From: Okeania sp. | Lineage (GTDB): Bacteria > Cyanobacteriota > Cyanobacteriia > Cyanobacteriales > Microcoleaceae | DNA: 17,352 nt | Direction: 5' to 3' | Assembly: GCF_035285525.1 (NCBI RefSeq) | Contig: NZ_JAYKGW010000243.1 | Location: 1 to 17,352 of the forward strand | Shown here: positions 1 through 6,709 of the stretch, piece by piece | Position numbering within the stretch: position 1 is the stretch's first letter | Layout of the letters: each line of letters opens with the position of its first letter | The notes under the pieces: model-generated | Databases searched by the model: none | What the model was told of the DNA's origin: nothing | What the model saw: the letters and a program-made list of their open reading frames with translations, nothing else | Translations under genes and position numbers: made by a program

Positions 1-56
1 TTTCTGTCTAGTTATTAATTACAAGACTTATCCAAAGACTATAGATATAGCGTTCC

Positions 57-78
57 AAACTATAACGTTATAGTTTTT
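57..78. terminator. 20-nt perfect palindrome AAACTATAACGTTATAGTTT downstream of tyrA
   Basis: Perfect palindrome at 57-76 followed by TT on the plus strand. It is AT-rich and weak, and could serve either strand. Confidence 0.25.
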
Positions 79-136
79 CAACTCTATATATAGCAACTTT
101 GCCTCAGTCTTGAATTATTAATTATTAATTATTCCC

Positions 137-982
137 CTACTCCTGTAAAAATAGTTTTCTACTTTGCTCCGTAGAACTCAATTTTTCTTCAATAATCTGC
201 CAATTTTCTTGTTCAATATCCTCAATAAACCTATTAATTTCCTCTCGAAAAGAATAGAGCGATCGCAACACCTCCAGACGATTATATTGGGCCATCATTC
301 GTCCTAACTCCGGATTACCACCTCCCACTCGGCTAGTATCACGGAAACCAGAACTAGCCAACTCTTGTGCTAACTTAACAACAGTAGGATGAGTTTCACT
401 CATACAGGCAGAAATCAAACTAGCACTGGCCATCACAGGCAAATGAGAAATCCAGGCAACAGCTCGATCATGTTCATAAGGGTTACAAAAGTAAACTTGA
501 CTCTGAAGCAAGCTAACTATTGCCTCAACTTTCTCCACAGACTCCAAAGGAGTATTTTCAGTAGGAGTCAATACATAAGGTCTATCCCTAAATAAACCCA
601 ACTGAGCCACCTCAATCCCACTTTCTGCCTTCCCCGCCATAGGATGTCCACCCACAAAATTCGGCCAAATTTGGGAAACACCCTCCACAATAGGTTTCTT
701 CACAGAACCCACATCAGTTAAAATTGCAGAGGGAGAAATAAAAGGAATAAGTTGTTCCAGAGTAGGAATAATAATAGATATGGGAGTACAGATAAATATT
801 AAATCAGCAATAGAGAGTAAAGATAATTCCAAACTAGCTTCATCAACAGCTCCCAGAGCGATCGCCTTTTGACAGGTTTGGTTTCGACGAGAAACTCCAA
901 AAACCTGATAACCTAAAGCTCTCAAATCCAATCCAATCGAGCCACCAATTAAACCTAATCCAACAATACCTATATTCACCAT
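137..982 (-). CDS. tyrA: Arogenate/prephenate dehydrogenase (TyrA family)
   Basis: 281-aa ORF. N-terminal Rossmann motif IGIVGLGLIGGS and the TyrA signature FVGGHPMAG are present, as is ...HDRAVAWISHLP. Size matches the monofunctional cyanobacterial arogenate dehydrogenase. Confidence 0.9.
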   Translation of the reverse strand: MVNIGIVGLGLIGGSIGLDLRALGYQVFGVSRRNQTCQKAIALGAVDEASLELSLLSIADLIFICTPISIIIPTLEQLIPFISPSAILTDVGSVKKPIVEGVSQIWPNFVGGHPMAGKAESGIEVAQLGLFRDRPYVLTPTENTPLESVEKVEAIVSLLQSQVYFCNPYEHDRAVAWISHLPVMASASLISACMSETHPTVVKLAQELASSGFRDTSRVGGGNPELGRMMAQYNRLEVLRSLYSFREEINRFIEDIEQENWQIIEEKLSSTEQSRKLFLQE

Positions 983-1018
983 AATAATGTAATGGGTCCG
1001 ATACCAAAGTCCGCCCTA

Positions 1019-2578
1019 ATGATAATCGAAGAACTCCAAAAAAAATATGCTGCTGGTGAAAGAAATTTTACAGACCTCAATCTTTTTGAGGCCAACCTCA
1101 CTGGTATTAATCTCAGTGGCGCAAATCTTAGCGGAGTAAACCTTAGTGTTGCTAACCTAAGTGGTGCGAATTTAACAAATTCTAATCTTAGTAAAGCTAA
1201 ACTTAATATTGCTAAACTTAACGGAGCACATTTGAGTGGCACAAACTTAAATGGTGCTGATTTGAATGTAGCAAACCTAGTTTTAGTCAATTTGAAAAAA
1301 GCTCGATTAATTGGCGCTAAATTGATTAGAGCAGAATTAATTAGAGCAGAATTAAGTGAGGCAAATCTTGCTTTAGCAGATTTAAGTGGAGCAAGTTTAG
1401 TTGAAGCTACACTCCGAAAAGCCAATCTAAGTAATGCTAATTTAAAGGGAGCTAACTTGCGTTTTGCTTCTCTTACAGGATCTAATTTAATAGAAGCTAA
1501 CTTACAAGGAGCAGATCTGAGTGGTGCAGATTTGAGTGGAGTAAACCTCAGTGGTTCTGAGTTAAGACAAACTAATTTGAATGGTGCTAATTTGAATGGT
1601 TCTGATTTAAGTGGAGCTAACTTACGTTGGGCTGACTTAAGTGGTGCTCAACTGAAGTACGCTAATCTTAGTGATGCGAAACTAAGTGGTGCTAACTTAA
1701 GTAGAGGAGATTTGTTCCAAGCTAACCTTTTAAATACCAGTTTAGTTCATGCTAATTTATCGAGTACCTGTTTAATTGAAGTAGATTGGATTGGAGTAGA
1801 TTTAACCGGAGCAACTTTAACCGGAGCCAAAATCTTTGGAGCTTCTCGCTTGGGAATTAAAGCAGAGGCAGTAATCTGTAAGTGGCTTGATCTTAGTGCA
1901 AGTGGAGATAAAAGTCAAGTTTATTCTCTTAACTCAGAAACAATCAAAAATTTCTTTCACGAAAGCGTTCCTCAAGTAAATATTATTGTTGATACTTCTT
2001 TAGATAGTTTTAGTCATTATGCTCTAGCTACAACATATTATCAAATTAGTAAGTATTTACCAGAATTATCTCAACCCCCTTCCATAGAAATTAATTCTTG
2101 TAGAACAATCATTTCGTTTTCAATGGATAGTGATGAAAAGCTATTTTCTACTGCCTATATCGCTATTTTACCTTTTCTTGATGCTGCTAAAACTCAAGAG
2201 AATATTGTTAAAATTATGAAAATAGCTAATTCTCAAGACTTAAATTTTTTAACTCCTGTCATAGCTCAAATAATTCGGCAGTTCAGCACAGTATTAAATA
2301 CATCAATTAAACAAGTTAATCAAATTAATAAAAACCAAGTATTTCTGAAATCTTGTAACGGAATTAAGTTTTTCCAGACACCAACAAAAATAAGTATAAC
2401 TAATTCTAGTGGTCAAAAATTTAATATCTATTATCATCCTAAGTTTGGTAAACGAATAGTAAATAAAGACACTAAAAATAGTGAGGAAGAAACTATAATT
2501 AAAGTGCTTCAAACAGAACCATATTCTATTAGTACAATTTTTGACTTCATTAATGGCTTTTATCAACCACAAATTTAA
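1019..2578 (+). CDS. Pentapeptide-repeat protein, paralog 1, with uncharacterised C-terminal domain
   Basis: ORF 992-2578. The ATG at 1019 (MIIEELQKKYAAGERNF) matches the N-termini of the two paralogs better than the ATG at 992. About 51 consecutive A(D/N)LxX pentapeptides have L/F at every fifth residue without a register break (ORF aa ~26-280). A non-repeat domain alignable to paralogs 2 and 3 follows. Confidence 0.85.
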   Translation: MIIEELQKKYAAGERNFTDLNLFEANLTGINLSGANLSGVNLSVANLSGANLTNSNLSKAKLNIAKLNGAHLSGTNLNGADLNVANLVLVNLKKARLIGAKLIRAELIRAELSEANLALADLSGASLVEATLRKANLSNANLKGANLRFASLTGSNLIEANLQGADLSGADLSGVNLSGSELRQTNLNGANLNGSDLSGANLRWADLSGAQLKYANLSDAKLSGANLSRGDLFQANLLNTSLVHANLSSTCLIEVDWIGVDLTGATLTGAKIFGASRLGIKAEAVICKWLDLSASGDKSQVYSLNSETIKNFFHESVPQVNIIVDTSLDSFSHYALATTYYQISKYLPELSQPPSIEINSCRTIISFSMDSDEKLFSTAYIAILPFLDAAKTQENIVKIMKIANSQDLNFLTPVIAQIIRQFSTVLNTSIKQVNQINKNQVFLKSCNGIKFFQTPTKISITNSSGQKFNIYYHPKFGKRIVNKDTKNSEEETIIKVLQTEPYSISTIFDFINGFYQPQI

Positions 2579-2612
2579 TTTTTAGGGAGTAGGAAGTAGC
2601 TAGTATTGATAA

Positions 2613-2916
2613 TTAGGGTCTGCTGAAAAAGTCTGATGGTTAAGGTAGGGAGTAGGGAGTAGGGAGTAGGGAGTAAACCCACCCCTAACCTCTCCCAGGA
2701 GAGGAATTTAGGAGGAGTAGGAGTTATAGAGGAGTAGGGACTATGCAACGTCCGTACAGAATAATTGTCTCTTAATTATTCTGTTCTAGTTAGCATCAGA
2801 AGGCTAACTTTTTTAACCTTTCTGACCTAAAAGCTGATACTTTTTCTAGACAAACTAGACAAACAAGTTGCTGCTTTATCTGTCAATGTTTTCAGATTTC
2901 CATACGCCAGCTCTAA
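2613..2916. mobile_element. MITE-like element, family A, copy 1 (contains heptamer array)
   Basis: Left end TTAGGGTCTGCTGAAAAAGTCTGATGGT recurs at 16194 and, reverse-complemented, at 12287-12314. Right end CAGATTTCCATACGCCAGCTCTAA matches the right end of the next copy. No ORF. Confidence 0.6.
2646..2675. repeat. Heptamer tandem repeat TAGGGAG x4 (STRR-like)
   Basis: Four perfect units counted directly. A degenerate version, TAGGGAG TAGGAAG TAGCTAG, lies at 2583-2603. Confidence 0.9.
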
Positions 2917-3212
2917 TTAGGGTCTGCTGATTTATCGGGAACCGTAAAAGTCTTTTAGTAGCGGGGAGGAGCCAGAATCCAGCAATCCAGCAATCCAGCA
3001 ATCCAGAATCCTTATGGGAATGGGAATCATCAAAGAAGTAGCCAGAAGAATCTTCCCTTCATTTTCTAACCTTTTCTTGCTCAAAATCTGAGAATGTATG
3101 ATTTTTCGGGAACCGTAGCATTACCACCTAAAAGCTGGTACTTTGATTACTACCTAAAAAGGGTAAAATCTTTACCTGTCAAGACTTTGAGATTTCCATA
3201 CGCAAGCCCTAA
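2917..3212. mobile_element. MITE-like element, family A, copy 2 (abuts copy 1; contains octamer array)
   Basis: Starts TTAGGGTCTGCTGATTTATCGGGAACCGTAAAAGTCTTTTAG. The internal block GTAGCCAGAAGAATCTTCCCTTCATTTTCTAACCTTTTCTTGC aligns with 9021-9062. Ends GAGATTTCCATACGCAAGCCCTAA. Confidence 0.6.
2976..3011. repeat. Octamer tandem repeat AATCCAGC x4.5
   Basis: Counted directly inside MITE copy 2. Confidence 0.9.
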
Positions 3213-3220
3213 CTATTCCC

Positions 3221-3276
3221 TCCATACCTCCATACCTCCATACCTCCATACCTCCATACCTCCATACCTCCATACC
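3221..3276. repeat. Octamer tandem repeat TCCATACC x7
   Basis: Seven perfect units, bracketed by CTATTCCC on both sides (3213-3220 and 3276-3283). The array creates the spurious ORF 3094-3300. Confidence 0.95.
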
Positions 3277-3278
3277 TA

Positions 3279-3298
3279 TTCCCAGTTAAGTGTTCCCT
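3279..3298. repeat. Dispersed 20-mer TTCCCAGTTAAGTGTTCCCT, copy 1
   Basis: Perfect 20/20 match to 12261-12280. Ends 15 nt upstream of the paralog 2 ATG. Confidence 0.85.
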
Positions 3299-3313
3299 GA
3301 AAAAACTGAAAGT

Positions 3314-4867
3314 ATGAACCCAGAAGAAATACTTAAAAAATACGCAAAAGGAGAAAAAAACTTTACAGGTATTATTCTATGTGAAGTCAATCTTAGTAAA
3401 GTTAATCTCAATCAAATTAATTTAAGTCAAGCAGTATTAAATTTAACTAATCTCAGTGAAGCTAACCTAAATGGAGCCAACCTAAATGGAGCTAAACTAA
3501 ACATATCTAGACTTACGAAAACTGATCTGAGCGACGCTAAACTTAACGGTGCAAATCTCAACCTTACTAATCTAATTGAAGCTAATTTAAGTAACGCTGA
3601 ATTGATAGAAGCCAAACTAATTCGAGCAGAGTTAATTCGGGCAAATATGAGTAATGCTAATCTCAAAGGTGCTAATTTAGCAGAGGCAGATTTAAGAGAA
3701 GCTATGTTAAAACAAGCTAACTTAGAATTAGTAGACTTACATTCTGCTCATCTAAGAGGTTCTTGCTTACTAAATTCTAACTTAGAAAGAGCTAATTTAT
3801 ATAGAGCAAATCTTGGTAAAGCTGACTTGAGAGGAGCCAACTTTAGTAATGCTGAACTTAGACAAGCTAATCTTTCTCTTTCTAATTTGAGTAAAGCTAA
3901 TTTTAAAGGAGCTAATTTAACGGAAGCTGATTTAACAGGAGCTAATTTAACAGGAGCAAATCTTGATTCAGCTATACTTAATAGTGTCAATTTACATGGA
4001 GCAAATTTATATAATTCTAATTTATCTAATGCCGTTTTAATTAAAGCTGATTTAACTAAAAGTAATTTAATTCATGTTAGTTGTGAAGGAGCAGATTTAA
4101 CATCAGCTATTCTCACAGGTAGTAAACTTTATGGAGTATCAAGATTTAGAATAAATGCAGAAAATATTACTTGTAATTGGGTTGATATGAGTGAAAATGG
4201 TGATGGTAGTAAAATAATAAATTTGACTCCGGAAGAATCTCGACTTTTTTTTGATGCGAGTCAACCAATTGTTAAAGTTACTATTGGTTCACCTTTAAAT
4301 CCTGATGCTCATTTAGCCTTAGCTGCCATCTACCGTCAAATTTATAAACAGTATAATCTCTTAGGATTACCTCCTAATATCGAAGTTAATTATAAACAAA
4401 CTAAATTATCACTTCAAGTAGATAAAGATGAACAGTTATTTCCTACTGCTTATTTGATGATTTATCCCTTCAAAGTATCTACATTAACTCAAAATTATTT
4501 TTTAGAACTAATCAAACAAATTACCCAATTCTACTCTAGAACTTTAAATGTTAGAACATCAAATCGTTTTGCCAAGATTAGAATAAACCTTTATAAAATG
4601 AAAAGAATAATTGATGAACTAAATGCTAATAATACTCAACCTTCTCAAATACTAAACTTAAAATTTTTCAGTTCTCTGATAAGAATTAATATAGTTAACT
4701 CAATGGGAGAAGATTTTTGCCTGACAAATAGTCTAGATTATACCCAAGTAATTTCTAACTATTTAATCGAAAAAGGCATAAATGAAGAACACTTAGTTAA
4801 CTCTTTTGTAGATACTCAACAATTTTATAAAAGCCTAGTATCATTTGTTAAAAATTTTTCTGAATAA
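3314..4867 (+). CDS. Pentapeptide-repeat protein, paralog 2, with the same C-terminal domain
   Basis: The ORF track starts at a GTG at 3290 inside a dispersed repeat. The ATG at 3314 (MNPEEILKKYAKGEKNF) matches the paralog N-termini. About 50 uninterrupted pentapeptides are followed by the conserved junction GVSRFRINAENITCNWVDMSENGDGS and the C-terminal domain. Confidence 0.85.
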   Translation: MNPEEILKKYAKGEKNFTGIILCEVNLSKVNLNQINLSQAVLNLTNLSEANLNGANLNGAKLNISRLTKTDLSDAKLNGANLNLTNLIEANLSNAELIEAKLIRAELIRANMSNANLKGANLAEADLREAMLKQANLELVDLHSAHLRGSCLLNSNLERANLYRANLGKADLRGANFSNAELRQANLSLSNLSKANFKGANLTEADLTGANLTGANLDSAILNSVNLHGANLYNSNLSNAVLIKADLTKSNLIHVSCEGADLTSAILTGSKLYGVSRFRINAENITCNWVDMSENGDGSKIINLTPEESRLFFDASQPIVKVTIGSPLNPDAHLALAAIYRQIYKQYNLLGLPPNIEVNYKQTKLSLQVDKDEQLFPTAYLMIYPFKVSTLTQNYFLELIKQITQFYSRTLNVRTSNRFAKIRINLYKMKRIIDELNANNTQPSQILNLKFFSSLIRINIVNSMGEDFCLTNSLDYTQVISNYLIEKGINEEHLVNSFVDTQQFYKSLVSFVKNFSE

Positions 4868-4870
4868 CTG

Positions 4871-4898
4871 GAGAATTAAGAATTGAGAATTAAGAATT
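4871..4898. repeat. Heptamer tandem repeat RAGAATT x4
   Basis: GAGAATT AAGAATT GAGAATT AAGAATT, 3 nt downstream of the paralog 2 stop codon. Confidence 0.85.
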
Positions 4899-4975
4899 GG
4901 AGAGTGTACTAAAAGTATGATGAGAAAAGATTGACAGCACTTAAACTTCTGGATATAAAGTTTCTCACCTTTAGA

Positions 4976-5120
4976 TAGAGCTTGCTGATTAAATGTCAAA
5001 GTTTTTACAGATAATTCTTTTAGCCTTTTTAGGTGTTGAAAAAGTACCTAACTATTAACTGTTAACTAATTTTTCGGGAACCGTAAAAGCTGATAACTAA
5101 TAACTGATAGCTGATCAATG
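4976..5120. mobile_element. MITE-like element, family A, partial or rearranged copy
   Basis: TAGAGCTTGCTGATTAAATGTC...TTAGCCTTTTTAGGTGTTGAAAAAGTACCT is the reverse complement of the right arm seen at 9108-9174. It is followed by the TTTTCGGGAACCGTAAAAG core and heptamer repeats. The right boundary is uncertain. Confidence 0.45.
5090..5117. repeat. Degenerate heptamer repeat CTGATAA-like x4
   Basis: CTGATAA CTAATAA CTGATAG CTGATCA. A second short array, CTAACTA TTAACTG TTAACTA, lies at 5048-5068. Confidence 0.7.
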
Positions 5121-5189
5121 AAATTACCTTACTTCGGAAATTGGTGTACATCTAGCGTATATCTAGTAAACTTGACTACTTAATAACAA

Positions 5190-6704
5190 ATGTCAACAGA
5201 AATATTAAAAAGATACCAATTAGTTAAAAAATATACACAAGGAACAAGAAATTTTGCAGGCATTAATTTGACAGAAGTCAACCTGAGTCGGATGAACTTA
5301 AGCAAAACTAATCTTATTCATGCTACTTTATTTGTCTGTAATCTCAGTGGCGCTAATCTCAGTGAATCTAACCTAACTAGAGCTAATCTCAATATAGCCC
5401 GCCTAAGTGGTGCTAATCTGAAAAAAGCTATATTAAATAAAGCAACTCTCAATGTGGCCAATCTAGTCCAAGCTAATTTAACAGAAGCTCAATTAGTAGA
5501 AGCTACCCTAATTAGAGGAGAATTAGTCAGAACGGAACTTAGTTTAGCTAATCTTAGTGGAGCTAATCTCAGTAATGCTGATATGAGAGAAGCAAATATT
5601 ACAGAAGCTAACTTAATTCAAACTAATTTAAGTAATGTAAATCTGAGATTTGCTCAAGGAAAAAGAAGTAATTTAGAAAAAGCTGACCTTCATAATGCGG
5701 ATTTGACAAAAGCCGATCTAGAAGGAGCGAATTTTACTGATGCTGAATTAAGACAAACTCATTTCAGTATGGCTAATCTTAAGAATGCCACATTTCATGG
5801 GGCTAATCTCAGGTGGGCTAATCTTAATGGAGCTGACTTAACTGATGCAGACCTTAGTAATGTTAAATTAAGTGGAGCTAATCTTCGGGGAGCTAATTTG
5901 ACCAATACAAAATTAACTAATGCTAGTCTAGTTCATGCTGATTTAACTGAAGCTAATTTAGTCCGAACTGATTTAGTAGGAGTAGATTTATCAGGAGCTA
6001 TTTTAACTGGAGCAAAACTTTATGAAGTTCCTAGATTAAATATTAAAGCTGAAAATATTGTTTGTGAATGGATTGATATTAGTCCTAATGGAGATCGTAG
6101 TCAAGTTTATCACTTTAAATCACCAGCAGAATCTCAGAGATTTTTTCACCAAAAACCCCCCATAGTTCAAATAATTGTTGATTCAAATTTAGACCAAAAA
6201 GTTAATGTAGCTCTGGCTACAACTTACTATCATCTGGCTCAGGATTATGATTTTATGAAACGTCCTCCTAGTATTGAAGTTCAGTACCAAAAAACTATTT
6301 TGAGTTTTATAGTAGACAATGATCAACTTTTATTTATACTCGCATTTATAGCAATCAATCCTTTTGCTGATGGGAAAAATGCTCAAGTTAATATCATAAA
6401 AATTCTCGAAAATTCCCCTTTACAAAAAATCAATACCAAAATATCAGAATTAGAAATTGATATGCAGCAAGTCATTTCCAAAAATCAGAAAATAAAAAAA
6501 ATTGTTGAATCTTTTTCACACAAAATTACTTTTTTTGCAGCCCCTACTCAGTTAATTTTAAATAATTCTAGCGGTAAGAGTTTAGTAGTAAGTAGCAATC
6601 CTAAGTTTGGAAAAAAAATCTCTAAAAATATAGAACAAAAATTCTCTTTACCCTCTGAAAATCAAATAGCTAATTTTATTGATAGCTTTTATCACTTTGG
6701 TTAA
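5190..6704 (+). CDS. Pentapeptide-repeat protein, paralog 3, with the same C-terminal domain
   Basis: 504-aa ORF with the same architecture. The junction reads EVPRLNIKAENIVCEWIDISPNGDRS. The C-terminus (NPKFGKKI, FIDSFYH) is closest to paralog 1 (HPKFGKRI, FINGFYQ). The stop lies 5 nt before the next gene. Confidence 0.85.
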   Translation: MSTEILKRYQLVKKYTQGTRNFAGINLTEVNLSRMNLSKTNLIHATLFVCNLSGANLSESNLTRANLNIARLSGANLKKAILNKATLNVANLVQANLTEAQLVEATLIRGELVRTELSLANLSGANLSNADMREANITEANLIQTNLSNVNLRFAQGKRSNLEKADLHNADLTKADLEGANFTDAELRQTHFSMANLKNATFHGANLRWANLNGADLTDADLSNVKLSGANLRGANLTNTKLTNASLVHADLTEANLVRTDLVGVDLSGAILTGAKLYEVPRLNIKAENIVCEWIDISPNGDRSQVYHFKSPAESQRFFHQKPPIVQIIVDSNLDQKVNVALATTYYHLAQDYDFMKRPPSIEVQYQKTILSFIVDNDQLLFILAFIAINPFADGKNAQVNIIKILENSPLQKINTKISELEIDMQQVISKNQKIKKIVESFSHKITFFAAPTQLILNNSSGKSLVVSSNPKFGKKISKNIEQKFSLPSENQIANFIDSFYHFG

Positions 6705-6709
6705 AATCT

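Noticed and set aside
389-595. 68-aa plus-strand ORF inside tyrA
   Set aside because: It is antisense to a well-supported conserved gene and has no recognisable motifs. This is typical shadow-ORF size.
976-1425. 149-aa minus-strand ORF (also 3427-3666 and 3748-3990, minus strand) antisense to the pentapeptide-repeat genes
   Set aside because: Their translations (LAPLKSA-type periodic repeats) are the mirror image of the 15-nt periodic coding repeat. Low-complexity periodic DNA stays open on the opposite strand by construction. The plus-strand frames are long, paralog-supported and continue into non-repeat domains.
2303-2572. 89-aa minus-strand ORF inside the paralog 1 C-terminal domain
   Set aside because: It is a shadow ORF in AT-rich coding sequence. 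The plus-strand frame is supported by alignment to two paralogs.
2646-3276. Possible CRISPR array, because several short perfect tandem repeats are clustered
   Set aside because: Units are 7-8 nt and directly abutting with no spacers. There are no 25-40 nt repeats with unique spacers and no cas genes. These are STRR-like microsatellites.
3094-3300. 68-aa plus-strand ORF ending in HTSIPPYLHTSIPPYLHT
   Set aside because: It lies entirely within MITE-like sequence. The repetitive peptide is simply the TCCATACC octamer array read through with a 24-nt period. There is no start context.
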